In this document: positions 10,889 through 25,724 of the stretch, in pieces
Layout: every line of letters begins with the position of its first letter
Position numbering within the stretch: position 1 is the first letter of the stretch
NCBI RefSeq assembly: GCF_006345805.1
Contig: NC_043007.1
Location: 56,544,001-56,608,000, forward strand
Reading direction: 5' to 3'
Length of the DNA: 64,000 bases
Origin: Octopus sinensis
Taxonomy: Eukaryota
The notes under the pieces: generated by a model
What the model saw: the letters and a program-made list of their open reading frames with translations, nothing else
Database searches by the model: none
What the model was told of the DNA's origin: nothing
Made by a program: the position numbers and the translations under genes

Positions 10889-10957
10889 AATCACCTGAAG
10901 AATGACTGTAACTCGAATTTTTACGAATTGGACAGCCATGAAACGATCGTAGTGTTA
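10889..10957 (+). ncRNA. Minimal type-I hammerhead ribozyme motif
   Basis: CAC-CTGAAGA-ATGACTGT...ACAGCCAT-GAAAC-GATC-GTA|GTG. Intact core (10895-10901, 10940-10943), long helix II, palindromic ACGATCGT helix III, GUA triplet, 3-bp helix I. Confidence 0.7.
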
Positions 10958-11085
10958 TACTAATTATCTTTTTTTAATAATTTTGATATATATTTAAAAT
11001 AATAAAAATTAATTGATCTTATGTATTGGCTTAAGTTTTTCATTGTATGATTTGCCTAATAGTGGTTTTTATCTCTAATTTAATA

Positions 11086-11340
<255 letters not shown>

Positions 11341-11868
11341 ATACATACATACATACATACATAGATACACACGGACACACACAAACACACACACAGACAT
11401 ACTTATAAACACAACTTTCTTTGAAGTATAGCTCTCTGCACCTCCGTCATCACAGTACACTCGTGAGCATGCGACACACCACACACGTCAACTATACACA
11501 CACCGACGTGCACGTGTGCGCACACAAACACACATACACACACACACATACACATATACATAAATGTAAATACATATAGATGCATGTATATACACATTAA
11601 TTTGTTAGCCTCTCCTTTTTCATAGCATCAGCGGTACTACACCGAAGCACATGCATCATACAGAGTCACACATCTCACCGCCACCATTGTACATATACAT
11701 GTACACAGAGGTATATACGCAGTAGATACCATCCAAAAACCAAAACACACACATACACACATATTCATACACACACATACACAATCACATACGTACACAC
11801 GCATGCGCACACAGAAGCACATTATATTGTATTATATTAAATTGTCCGTGTATATATATATATATATA

Positions 11869-12208
11869 GGCGCAGGCGTGGCTATGTGGTAAGAAGCTTG
11901 CTTCCCAACCACATGGTTCCGGGCTTAGTCCCACTGCGTGGTACCTCGGGCCTACCAAAGCCTTGTAATTGGAAACTGAAACAAGCCCCTTATATGTATG
12001 TGTGTGTCTGTCTGTTTTTGCCCCGTCACCATCGCTTGACAACCGATGTTGGTGTTTTTACATCCCCATATCATAATGGTTTGGCAAAAGAGACTAATAG
12101 AATAAGTACTAGGCTTACAAAGAATTACTCCTGGGGTCGATTTGTTCGAACAAATGCGGTGCTCCAGCATGGCCACAGTCAAATGACTGAAACAAGTAAG
12201 AGGAAAAA
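11869..12208 (+). mobile_element. SINE family B, near full length
   Basis: tRNA-like head GGCGCAGGCGTGGCTATGTGGTAAG...GGTTCCGGGCTTAGTCCC, internal microsatellite, tail CAGTCAAATGACTGAAACAAGTAA. Confidence 0.85.
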
Positions 12209-12335
12209 GGAAGCAAAGAATATACATATATCCACGTAATATATCCATAAATATTTCTATGTGTGCATATATATTTATGTATGTATATATATGTATAGAG
12301 AGACAGACAGATATATATATATATATATAGTATAT

Positions 12336-12385
<50 letters not shown>

Positions 12386-12489
12386 TGTATATCTGTATAT
12401 ATATATATGTGGTGGTGTGTGTTTATAGATAAATATATAGATAGATGACACATATATACACACATATATATATACATATATATATACAC

Positions 12490-12533
<44 letters not shown>

Positions 12534-13052
12534 ATATACACGCATATGTATAATTGTTTTTAATAAATCAGACACATATGCACACACACACACACATATA
12601 TGTACTCCTACGTGCACATGTTAACACCCAAACATACACATGCATACAATGTACACAGACCAAAGGCACATACACTCACGCACATACATCACATTACATT
12701 TACTTATTATTGGCACCAACTCACACCGTAGACATACTCAGCACCACCCAAAGCACACACATACTTACAGGAATGCCAGCCAGCTTACCGACCAACTAGC
12801 TATCCATCCCACCAATCCACCACCACCAACAACAACACAACCTCTACTATAACCCCCACCACCATACACAGCCATCCAACCAGCCAACCAGCCTGTGAGC
12901 CAAGCCAAGTCAACCAAACAGCTAGGTACAACCAACCATACAGACATCTATCTATAATCATACAAGTTTTTACCACGGAACAACAGCAATGTGCGTTATC
13001 AGCTATTAATTTTATAACACAGGTAAGTCACTGTTTGCACGCTCAACACACA

Positions 13053-13107
<55 letters not shown>

Positions 13108-13514
13108 AGCACATGTCTCCGCGCGCGTGCAAACTTGCATGTACACAAACACCACAGAGACAAACAAACATACACGTAAACAAACAAAATCACGCACACT
13201 AACGGGAGCCAACGTGAGAGAAGACTCAATTTGATCAATCGATCTGCGTGAAATAGCAGCCGTATCGTTGATTTCTTCTTGTGTAAGAACAAAAAGAAGG
13301 ATACATTGTATGAAATACTGTCTGGAACCGAACACATTAAAATAGCCATTATTGAAAGGCTTCTGATCATAAATGTGCGGGATCAGGACTGACCTGGGGC
13401 TAAACAGACACGCAGTTCACCATTGTGCATCTAAAAAATACACAATTCTACAGATGTGGACTATGTGTGTTGTGTGAGCAAGTGTATACACACACACACA
13501 TACATACATATATA

Positions 13515-13550
<36 letters not shown>

Positions 13551-13583
13551 TATGTGGTGTGTGTGTGTGTGTATGTGTTAATG

Positions 13584-13627
<44 letters not shown>

Positions 13628-14259
13628 TTCGCGCTCACCACATACACGTACACATAAATCGCGTACACAGAAATGAGCAACCACGCGCGTTCACTCATAC
13701 ATACACACAGGGAACATCAGTTAGTAATAGTGTAAAAACAATCAAACTATATTGTTTTAAAACAGAAAGTAAACAGTTGGTCATGGTTGGAACGGAGTCG
13801 ATTAGGTCCGAATTGAAGCTGAACCCTAACAGCAACAATTACACACGCGTAAATAGAGATCCATTTACACACCAATACACATTCACTACACACCGATACA
13901 TACACGCACGCACACACACACACACAAATATCCATTCGAATATAAAAACACAAAGTTGTTTCATTCTTTATAACATTCTTTTTCAAAATACAACCTCTGT
14001 GAGGCTAAATTGTGTGGACGCCCTCGTCAATATCTCAGCATTCTAGGACAACATTTATTAATTTTGCAATGCATACATACACATACATACAAACATACAT
14101 AGACACATACATGCATGTATGTGTGTATGTGTCGCGCATGTATTTTCAATCAGTAATTGTGATTCTACCCCCTAATATTTATTAATGACGGTGATAATAG
14201 TGATGATGATAGTGACAACGATGACAACTCGATGGTGATATCGATGACAACGACAGCGA

Positions 14260-14359
14260 NNNNNNNNNNNNNNNNNNNNNNNNNNNNNNNNNNNNNNNNN
14301 NNNNNNNNNNNNNNNNNNNNNNNNNNNNNNNNNNNNNNNNNNNNNNNNNNNNNNNNNNN
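14260..14359. other. Assembly gap (100 N)
   Basis: N run. Confidence 1.
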
Positions 14360-15016
14360 TCCACTTCTCATTACCTGTATCAAGTCTTTCTAAAAATGGT
14401 TCCTTAAGGTGTCGTGAAAGCAATGACTGTCAACAAACAACACGTTGTTGCAGATTCTCTGGAGAGAGTTTGTGCGGGACCCATTTTCCAACCACTGAAA
14501 CCGTTCCGATTCTTTTCAGTTAGTGTAGAACTGCTGTATGGGTTACGTTAAACTGTTCTGCAAGTTCTCTACAAGTAGCGGTTGGATTTTCTGTGACAAC
14601 TTCCAACTCTTCGGAATCAAGCTGTTTTGAACGACCTTCTTTTGGCTCGTCTTTTAAACTCAAATCTTCACATCTGAAGCGAGAAAGCCATTTCCTACAA
14701 CTTCTTTCACTCACAACATCATCCCCATAAACTCTCTGAAGTGACTTTGCTGCTATTCTTGCATTAACACCTTTATGAAACTCATAGAGTAAGACATGTC
14801 TAATGTGATCTTCAGATGGGATGAGCATGGGTGCGAATATAGCAGCAGAGTATGGCCAATGCAATCAGAATCTGGAAGAAAAATGTATAAATTACTAATT
14901 GTGACATTCTTCAAACTTTGCAAGACGTACAATTTTAAAAAATACTATCTTAACACCTTCCACGCTATCTAAAACTGTTTTCTAAAAAACCGGCCATTAC
15001 CTTTGCACCATCCTGA
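14360..15016 (-). mobile_element. Mariner transposon 5' half (transposase pseudogene), truncated by the gap
   Basis: HIRHVLLYEFHKG...SERSCRKWLSRFRCEDLSLKDEPKEGR...GKWVPHKL...RLDTGNEKW. TIR TA|TCAGGATGGTGCAAAGGTAATG resembles the Hsmar1-type TIR. Confidence 0.9.
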
Positions 15017-15099
15017 TATACCCTGATATATACTTATGCATATATCTCAGTATGTGCACGCGCACGCGTGTGTGTGTATGCATGCATATGTATAAATAC

Positions 15100-15298
<199 letters not shown>

Positions 15299-17509
15299 TA
15301 CGCACACAGACACATATAGGTGAATGTATGTCTGGTTTCTACACCGTTTCGGAGTACCAAATTCATTCGAAAACATTGAGCGGCCCAAGGTGCTGCTCAG
15401 TGGGGCAGAACCCGAAACTGCGTCACTGCAAAGCGACCACACAGTCAAGCCTATATACATATATATATGTATTTTATATCATTATATTATTTAACACACA
15501 CACGCACGCATACACACCACATCACACCACACACGCATATATACCAGAGCCTTGTAGTTCGCTCAAGGCATTGTAATATCCAAGAATGTAAAAATGAGAA
15601 AATATAAATATTCTGACAATGCGTTAAGTTTTATAAAGCCTTTATATTTAAGGCGCAAAATCCCATCTTCAGAAGAAAAACTGTCTGGGAAATGTCTTAT
15701 TATGCGGGTTCTCTTAACCTATTAAAATCCTTTTGAATGGGTTAACAATCCCTGTGTCTCTCCTTTAGAGAGATTTAGAAATTATAACATTTCTATTCAG
15801 TGAATGTTTATATTATAGTACTGTTAGGTGTTTCGATAGCAAGTTGTTAGACATATTAAGAAGTGCACAACTCCTGCAGCTCAATTTATTTATTTATTGT
15901 TTGATTCGATAGCTTGGAAATCTCAAGGAAAAAATAGCCACGCCAGTGACAGATTTACAAACGATTTAATAATAGAAATATTTACTGAGTGTGATGTTAG
16001 TATAATTATTGTCACCAATTTAATCACAGTCAATTTCCGGGGATTGCTTGAGACTTCAAGACAGGAAATTACTCCCCTTATAGAAAGCATAATGAGAAGA
16101 TCAAATATATTCATAATAGTTCAAACCACCCTTTCTTAATAATCGGAACATAAAAGGATCTTTAGTCTGTTCACATACTTTTATATTTTTGACAAAGCTG
16201 CATTCTACTTCAACATTAGACGCCTTAGCATTGTTAACGAACATAAAAGATCATTCCACATTCAATCCGAAGTGAAAAACATGGTTAAATCCTCCGTATG
16301 ACCTAGATGTGTTTACATATATCACCAACTTTTTATCCTTAATCAAGTAATACTTCCCAGCTCGCACAAATACCATGGAGTTTTTAATATGCATAATTTT
16401 AAGGTCATAGTATGATTTGGTTGTTATTTCATGCTGGTCGACTTATCACATAAAGTCCTGTACATTGTCTCTTGTCGAGCCTTAGAAACAGCAACTGTTT
16501 GAGAAAACCTATGATGAAGCCATTGTTAATCCATCATTTTATCTATCTGAGACTACATTATCCACTGTATATTCATGTTTTATTATGGTAGCGTGTAGTT
16601 TTGAGGGAGATAAGGTTGTTATCTCTTGCAGTTTGAGCAATCACATAGAGAGTTCTTCGTTGGTGCCTGTTCGAAAAATCATATGAAGGAATTACGAAGT
16701 TTAAGTGAGAAATCAAAGGCTTCACTTGCCATTTTCTTTCCTATTGCTTCTCACTACACCTATTTTGGCTTAAAAAATTAATTTTTTACCCAATTATAAC
16801 TTTATTTATTCCCAATTAAATGTGGATGTTCTATTTTCACAGACTTTACTGCAGTTGTTGTTTCTATCACTAGCAGGGTAATAAATCCATGCTACGTCCT
16901 GCGCCGAGACCATTAGATCACATGATTCCGACCTTGCTTGGTTTTGTCAATTCTATATGTCTTGCCTTACCTTAGTTTATCATTGTTACTATTGATGATA
17001 TTAAAGGCTTCTCGGTCGTAACCATCCTAGTGGATTCAAGGCATGCTAAATACAAAGACTAAATTATCTAATATACCTTACAGATTTATAGTGATCTTAT
17101 ATCAAGACAAACAGCGGTTGACCTTGCAGGTGGGGCTCAGTTAGAATTTTCTTCAGGTCGAGTAGCCCATCCTGCTCAAAAGGTCCCTGAATAAGGGTTG
17201 TTTAAGGATGTTAAACGATACACACATCTTTTCAAAGGTGAATTACCCAAATCCCAAAGAATTCCTCTCAACATGGCTATGAGGCCCCCTCACTGCTTCT
17301 ACTTGTGATCAGAGATGCATATATCGTCAGTCACTAAGGGACATGCTCAATTGGTCATGGTCAAACAACTAACAAGCTTATCTGTGGTATTGAGCAGAAT
17401 ATTTGCTGTAGCGCACCTTTTATACCAAGACAAAACATGTGCATGATAACACTTCCAATCAGTTACGATCAGAAGCCATGAGAGCCACTGCCTGGTACCG
17501 CATCAGGGC

Positions 17510-17511
<2 letters not shown>

Positions 17512-17593
<82 letters not shown>

Positions 17594-17612
17594 AATTATT
17601 GTTATTATTATC
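17512..17612. repeat. (ATT)n/(ACT)n microsatellite
   Basis: Read directly from sequence. Confidence 0.95.
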
Positions 17613-17624
17613 ATCATCATCATT

Positions 17625-17835
17625 TAAGGCACCGAGCTGATACAATCGTTAGTACCCCGGACGAAATGCTTAGCGACTTTTCGTCTGCCGCTACGAGTTC
17701 AAATTCTGCTGAGGTCGACTTTGCCTTTCATATTTTCCGGGTCGAAAAATTAAGTACCAGTTGAACACTGGGGTCGATGTAATCGTCTAGTTCCCGCACC
17801 ACCAACTTTCAGGCCTTGTGTTCTTAGTAGAAAGG
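17625..17835 (+). mobile_element. SINE family A
   Basis: TAAGGC..CGAGCTG...ATCGTTAG...GAGTTCAAATTC.GC.GAGGTCGACTTTGCCTTTCAT...TAAGTACCAGTT...GGGGTCGATGTAATCG; B-box-like GAGTTCAAATTC. Confidence 0.85.
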
Positions 17836-17842
17836 ATTCTCG

Positions 17843-17899
<57 letters not shown>

Positions 17900-19036
17900 T
17901 GTCTATAACATCACTTGTTTGTTTTACTTATTTTAATATATATTATTTCTATTATTTTGGTTCTTTAGTTTCGTATATTTATACAATGATCAACATTATA
18001 CTATGTGAGCCGTTGTTCTTATTCCTTCTTTGCGCACATGAAATCAGTGGTGGCTCACCAGAATGTAAGATAAATAAATTCTCTGGTGATAAGGTGAGAG
18101 TGTGTGAGGGACAGGGATACAAGGTTATACCCTCACCGAGAGGATTTATCATGTTGTGAAGTGCATCTGGGACAGAACACACGTGTGCCACAGATAGGCA
18201 ACGAAAAACGTCGGTGTAATATGCGTATAAACGTGAGTGTGTGTGTGTGTGTATGTGTGTGTGTGTGTGTGAGCGTGTATGTGTGGTTATGTATGAGAGG
18301 CGAAAATGTGTGTATGTATGCGTGTATAATTGTACATGGATCTGAGATGCTGAATGTGCTTCTATGTGTGCATTTGTGTATGAGGGACGAAATTGTGTAT
18401 GTATGTATGTACGTATAAGTGCATGTAGAGCTGAGACTTGGTGTGTGTGTGGTGTGATGTTAGTGTGTTGTGTGTGGTGTGTGTGTGTGTGTGTGTGTGT
18501 GCGTGTGTGCACGTGTGTATTGCATGTTTGTGTGTGATTTGTTGTGAAGTACATCCAGCGTAAAATAGCTACCGATCACATGATGTTCTATGGATTTATT
18601 ATATAAGAAGGTATGTGTTTATGTATATGTAGGTGTGTGTGTTTGTGCGTGCATATCCCATCGTCACTTAAATGTATTTACACATGTGTACACAGAGGCA
18701 CATAATACAAATTCATGTATGCATATGTTTTTGTATATGTGTATATACGTGATTGTGTGTATATATGTGTATATACGTGTGTTTGTGTGTGTCTACAAAT
18801 GTGTATGTACATATATAATTTACTAAAAGGTCGAATGCTACTAATATATATTTGTAGCTTTCGACCTTTTTTACTGAAGTATATCATTTACTCCTTTATT
18901 CAACGTAAAGGGGCTTTTTTCAGTTTGTGTTCTACGTTGCTCTCTGAAAAAGTCAAATACTACACTCAAACTACACACAAAAGCACATCATATATATACA
19001 CATATATATATTATATATATAACATACACACACACA

Positions 19037-19085
<49 letters not shown>

Positions 19086-19096
19086 TGTGTATATAA

Positions 19097-19171
<75 letters not shown>

Positions 19172-19237
19172 ATATATATATATATATTATATATTATATA
19201 TATATATATATATTATATATATATATATGTATATGTG

Positions 19238-19525
19238 TGGAGGCGCAATGGCAGGGGTGGTAGAGCAGCGGACTCGCGGTCGTAGGATCGCGGTTTCGAT
19301 TCCCAGACCGTTGTGAGTGGTTTATTGAGCGAAAACACCTAAAGCTCCACGAGACTCCGGCGATCCCTGCTATACACTTTCGCCACAACTTTCTCTCACT
19401 CTTTCTTCTGTTGGCCTGCTCGCTTAGCCAGTAGGGTGGCGTCATTTAAAGGCTAAAATAATGCGAAGCGCATTGTGACCAGCGATGTGTAGCAATATCT
19501 GATAGCCTGGTCGGTCACGGTGATA
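19238..19525 (+). mobile_element. SINE family C (tRNA-like head)
   Basis: GGAGGCGCAATGGC....GTGGTAGAGCAGCGGACTCGCGGTCGTAGGATCGCGGTTTCGATTCCC (A and B boxes). The tail matches 38525-38645 in reverse. Confidence 0.85.
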
Positions 19526-20829
19526 TGTATATTTATATGTACATAAGCCTTCCACAAACAACCTTGCTCGGACTTGTGCCTGGAAGGGTAACTTTCTAGA
19601 TGCAATCCCATGGTCATTCATGACCGAAGGGGTTCTCCTCATGTATATAAGTGTATATATTTGTTTTTATATTTCGTGATAGTCGTTTCGTTCTACATTT
19701 AAGATTCTTCTTATTTTATATCCTTTGTGGGGAAATTTTTCATCGCATATCATGTAACCTCTTCAGCGACTCTTCATCCCTCATGTCTTTTCCTATTCTG
19801 TTTAGTCCATTCTAAGCTCGCTTGTTTTGGCAATTACGTTTTCCAGGAGGATATTCAAAGTGGATATTCAAAGTGTTTTCATTGACCCATCCCCATCCCA
19901 ACCCCAAAGAAAAAATTCTAAGAGGTGCAAGTGCACTCCCTATTGGCCCTCTTCCTAAGTTTATGCTTTGGGGCCCTGATGGAAGTCAAGTAGGCAGGGA
20001 TGGGGGGCTTGTCATACGTGTGTAAAAGGGTAGCCATATTTCATGTAATTATATTTGTGTATATCGGTATTCATTTAACTATTGGTGCAATTTAAAAGAT
20101 ACCTTTCAATATAGTTTACAATGCCTATCCTCAACCTGGAGTTAATTTTATGACGCCAACAATTTGTCTTTATACATCATTGTTGCTCAAATACATGACA
20201 TCAGACCCCCTTCTGTTATTGAATTCCTTGTTTGTTATTGCTTTGAGAATTCATTGATATTGTATTTTTGAGAGATATTGATAACTTAACGTTCGTAGTT
20301 TGCATTTTGATGCTCTTTCATTCTGTATATCTAAACCCAAACGAAAAAACAAAGAGGAAAAGAAAATTCGTATACTCAGAAATTCTAACTGAGGATTCAT
20401 ATCTCATGTTCTACGTGTCTTGAGTCACACGATACGAATACTGAGTTTAATGCAATATGTCGAGGTGAAAACAAAAAATCATTTTCATTTAGTGCGGATT
20501 GCGATATCGATAACCAAAGAATATATTTGAGTGCATGCATGTTGATAGACTCTGGGGCACTATCTATAGAATGTAGCTCTATTTTATGTAGTGCAGATCT
20601 TCCTTTTGCTGGGATAGGCACACCAGAGCGCCAGATTTAACACCATAATCTGAATCATGCAGCCTCTAACAAAGTGCTACCCTAATGCAAACACTTAGAA
20701 CAGGCTCTCAACATCGTGATACCGTGGTTTCAAGACTTCCTAGATGCCAACGCCTAAAACAAAATCCGATGAACAGTTCTTTCTACCAAACTCTAACCTC
20801 TGCAGAGTTCGATCCTACCAAGCCACTAC

Positions 20830-21400
20830 ACCTCTTACTAACACATAAGTCACTCTTTCTATTTCTCCTCAAACATAAATCTCTCACGTTCTATCTCTCC
20901 TGCTCAGTCTACACTCTACATCATTTCCTCCCCAGACTTCGCTCTTCTCATACACCTCTCTCAGATATCAGCAGCATAACTTCCGGTTATACTATCATAA
21001 ACTCTTCCACTACACAACTCCAAGTAGATCTGCTTTCTTTACCGCACTCCTAAGCTCCCCGAACCACCTACGACTATATCTAATCCTATTTCAATGACAT
21101 CCATTGCATTTCACCTTTCTCCGAAGTGATCATCCTCGGGGAATTCAGTGTTCACAACTATTTTCACAACCATCCCATATAGAAGAAGACTCCGGTTCAG
21201 AAACCGGATTATTTTCAATTCTCATCTCTTTACATCAATTACTTTCTTTCCAGAAACCCCTCTCCGGCCAACAGACAGACACTTAAAACAGCCTTAGTCT
21301 TTCTCACCTCTAAAACCAATCTGTACAAAGCCATATTCGTCACTGTACTTATCAAGTCATCCAACAACTGCTTTAACGTGACCATCCCCCGCACATCTAC
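20830..21400 (+). mobile_element. Decayed CR1/L2-group LINE, apurinic endonuclease region
   Basis: Fragments SEVIILGEFSVHN (cf. ILGDFNVH) and LVFLTSK...KSSNNCFNVTI (cf. LDLFLTS...GSSDHCLI); many stops and frameshifts. Confidence 0.5.
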
Positions 21401-22061
21401 TCTAAGCAACAACTACCCCATCTGTCAGATTGTAAGGTATTTCAAATCAAGTAACTGACTGGAGGGTGACACTTCTGTCTCTGTTGACTTTGCCTGCTAA
21501 TAGGACCAGTTCAAACAGATTCCGGGGGATAGGCATTCCATTCATGAATATAAGTTTTGTAAAAGGCCAATAATTTTGAGGAGTTGGGGTTAGTCAGTTA
21601 CATCGATCCGAGTTGTAGACGTGAAGGGTTGCTTTGCTTCAATGGTAGATCTCTCATATCTGCAGGAGATGTGGGCTCGAGACCTAAAGGCACCCTTCGA
21701 ATTCCTCTATCCTAAAAGATTTTTTCAACCCAATATTTCACTGCTTTTATTTATGGGTTTATGTGCTTTGAGATCCACTGTTTCAAAAAAGAATTATCTC
21801 ACGTTTTCTCGAAAGTTTGTAAAATTATTACGTCATCAAAGTACAATACCTGCTAGTGCAAATAAAGTTTCTAAAATGGAGAGAGAAATTCGAAGGATTG
21901 TTATGGTCCAGTAATGGAACGCTGTCATGTCTTCTGGAGATGTTGGGTTCGAATATCACGCGCTTACACACATACATACATACATACATACATACATACA
22001 TACATACATACATACATACATACATACATACATACATGTATGTGTATATATATATATATAA

Positions 22062-22174
22062 AACCACGTGGTTCTGGGTTCAGTTCCACTGCGTGGCACC
22101 TTGGGCAAGTATCTTCTACTGTAGCATCGGGCCAACCAAATCCTTGTGAGACGGAAACTGAAAAGAAGCCCGTC

Positions 22175-22254
<80 letters not shown>

Positions 22255-22455
22255 TGTGTGTCTCTGTTTGTCCCACCAACATCGCTTGACAACTGATACT
22301 GGTGTATTTACGTCCCCGCCACTTAGCGGTTCGGTTAGACAGACCGATAGAATAAGTACTAGGCTTACAAAGAATAAGTCCTGGGGTCGATTTGCGCCGA
22401 CTAAAAGGTGGTACTCCAGCATGGCCGTAGTCAAATGACTGGAACAAGTAAAAGA
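22062..22455 (+). mobile_element. SINE family B
   Basis: GGTTCTGGGTTCAG.TCCACTGCGTGGCACCTTGGGCAAGT...GAAGCCCGTCG-(TA)n(TG)n-...CAGCATGGCCGTAGTCAAATGACTG. Confidence 0.9.
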
Positions 22456-22546
22456 ATATATACATATATGTGTGCGCATGTATATATGTGTGTGTACGTA
22501 TGTATGTGTGCGCGCATGTGTGACAAAACAGACGGACAGACTGACT

Positions 22547-22723
<177 letters not shown>

Positions 22724-22724
22724 G

Positions 22725-25588
22725 TTTCTTTATTGGCCACACAGGGCTGCACACACTGATGGGACAAGTTACAAGGTAGAGCTTTTCTTTGGAGGGATGA
22801 AAAAAACAAAAAACAAAAAAACAAAAAAAAGGTGGCGTAGGTTTTCGATCAAAAGGGATCGTAAAAGGGAAAAAAAGAACAAAAAAGAAAAGAAAAAAAG
22901 AAAAAAAGGAAAAGGAACAAAAGAAAAGAGAAATGAAAAAAAAGAAGAAAAAAGGGAAAAAAGGGGACGAGGAAAAATAACGATCAATAGGGATCATGTA
23001 TCACTGTTATGATGTATGGTGTAAAGGGGAAAGCAAGTAAGGTTTATCCGTGGGAAGAAAAGCCTACGAAAAAGACCACGGTAACCTTGGTCAATATTGT
23101 TATATGTTACCACATTTGTTTGCAAGTGGGTAACCTTCTGTTTTCAATTTCTGGGTTCATAGGATTATGCTCAAGGTGCCATCCTTGCTACAATCACCCA
23201 TCTTTTTTTAAAACGTTCGCTAGACAAAACTTGCCTCTCTACTCTCACTTTCCTTTTCAAGTGGTACTTGAAGACGTTGATGAGAGGTTGACCAGAGAGG
23301 AAAGTGTTTGTCTCCAATCCTTTCAGACGCGTCCACCAGATACATTCTTTCGCCATAGCCACAAGGATGATGAAAATAGCTCTTCCTTCCCGTTTGGAAG
23401 AAGGAGGCGTGACAATATTGACGATAGACTCAGCTGATAAACCGACTCGTCCCACACGTGACAGCAGTTGTTCGACATAAGCCCACAAATCGGAAATTGT
23501 TGGACACTGCACGATTGCGTGCAGAACGGTTTCGTCGCTCTGACCGCATCTCGGGCGGGTCGGCCCCGTGTTTCTCGAACCGTGTCTGTAGAGCTTATCC
23601 CGAACGGGTAGCGCTTTTCGGTAGCACTGCCAGGCCAGGGACCTCTGGAAGTTGTCCATGGGCCCTGGCCCGAAAGTCGTCCCGAACAGGCGGATTAGGT
23701 ATTCCTCGTCGACGTCCAGGTTCGGCTCTAGCTCGTCGTCGTACCTCCCCTCCACTAACCCCCTATAGAATGCTTTGGTTGTGATGGAGTCACTCAAGGT
23801 TGACCCAGGACGGCAGAGTTGCTTGAGAGCAACGCGACACTCGCGGTGCCATACGCCCTTCCTCGGCCTCTTTTTGATCCACGACTGCAGTTCGGTCATG
23901 GAGACTAGCTGCGGGAAAGCGTGCCTCACAAACGGCGACCACACCTGTTCACCGTCGTCTACGAAGAGCCTGAGATGTCGCAGTCTCAGCGCGTGTCTGC
24001 GCATCATCAACCACGGCATGCCCAGTCCTCCTTTTAACGGGTGTTGACAGCAAATGGATCGTCTGACCATCGGGACGCATCCTTTCCACTAGAAGCGAAA
24101 GAGAATGCGTTCTAGTTTGGTGATGGTAGGGTCGGGACAAGACACGACGGTCAGGCGGTAGTAGATGACGGATGCGATGTACGTGTTCGCCACCTCCGCC
24201 CGACCTTTTAGGGACAGTTTCCTCTCGGCCCATTGCCAGGCGAGAGTGACCACCCTACTCGTTATCTCGTTCCAGTTCTTCTCCACTTGGAGGTCCGGAC
24301 CAAACCAGACCCCGAGCAACTCGAACGGGCCGTCGGTCCAGCGTCCCACGACGGAGGCGCTGGTGGACGGCATGGGCTTGCTTCTCCAGGTGCCTAGTCG
24401 CAAGCCCACTGACTTTTCCCGGTTGATTTTCGCTCCTGTCACCGTTTCGTAGTTTTTAAGTGTCTCGCCGACCTGCTCGATGTGCTCGTTGCTAGACACT
24501 ATGACGGTGACGTCGTCCACGTATGCAGACACGCTCGTCCCGCATCCCAGTTCTCGCGGGATGCTCCTCAAAGTTGCCAACTTCCGCAATAATGGCTCGA
24601 GAGAGGGCATCCCTGACGGACCGAACGTGCGATGTCGAAAGGTCTCGATAGATGTCCATTTACGCGAATTACCGAACGGATGCCTCTGTACAAAGCGGCC
24701 ATCCAGCCGCGGAAGACGGGACCGAAGCCAGCCGCTCTGAGGACTGCCTCCAAGTATCGATGGTCCACCCTATCGAAAGCTTTCGATTGATCCAAATTGA
24801 TCAGTGCCCCACCCGTGCCAGGTTCGTTAACTACCCTGTTTACGATGTAGCGCATCAGGTGGAGGTTGTTATGGATGGTCCGGCCCGGAACGGCGCATGT
24901 TTGCGCCTTGTCGACCAGTTTCTCGATGACAAGCGCTAACCTCTTGGCTAGCACCTTGGCCAAAATTTTCAAGTCTGCATTAAGCAGAGTGATGGGCCTA
25001 AAGTTATCTATTACATTTCCCTTGTTTAGATCTTTCTTGAGCAGTGTTACGGCTCCTCGGCTCACAAAACCAGGAATGCTCCTGTTTTGCTGCCAGTTGT
25101 AGAACACCGCTGCCAAGACATCTCCAAACAAGTCTGGCATACAATTGTAAAGCTCGTAGGGTAGACCATCCAAACCCGGTGATTTGTCCCTCGAGCATTC
25201 TGCCATCGCGTCCTGCACTTCCGCCGCCGTGATGGCACTTTCGCAGCACCCTGCCTCTCTTGTCGAGAGTCGTGGTAGGCTGAGTAGGTAGGCACTGAAG
25301 TCCACCCTACGTTCTTGCCCGCCACTCGTCCCGAACAGTCGGGCAAAATGCTGTTGAAAGGCCTCACACATTTTACTTGGCTCGAGCAATTCGCGCCCCA
25401 GTTCATCTACCCGAGACCGAATGGTGGCTTTGTTGCCCTGTTGCGCTTCTGCCACCCGGGCCTCTCTCGCGGCTCCAACACCTTCGTTCCTTAGAGCACG
25501 CATCCTAGCTCTGACAGCACACCCTTCGTGTTTGGCGTTGAAGTGTTGGTCGAGGGCCAACCTCGCCGCCAAAACATGCAGAGAAACT
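22725..25588 (-). mobile_element. 5'-truncated L1/Tx1-clade non-LTR retrotransposon (ORF2: RT plus C-terminal Cys/His knuckle)
   Basis: KSPGLDGLP, NFRPITLLNADLKILAK, NLDQSKAFDRVDH, SVRQGCPLS, AYVDDV, GGLGMP, RCGQSDETVLH..QC. A small deletion/frameshift at ~24605 and an in-frame TAG at 24089-24091. AATAAA just before the 3' end. Confidence 0.95.
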
Positions 25589-25594
25589 GATAAG

Positions 25595-25724
<130 letters not shown>

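Noticed and set aside
12960-13027. Perfect CAG|GTAAGT donor with a short open frame
   Set aside because: No credible acceptor and no recognisable peptide; such donor motifs are common by chance.
17040-17510. Sequence resembling an abundant octopus repeat (possibly an R4/Dong 3' UTR) next to (ATT)n
   Set aside because: The identification rests on recollection only; there is no second copy or coding evidence in the window.
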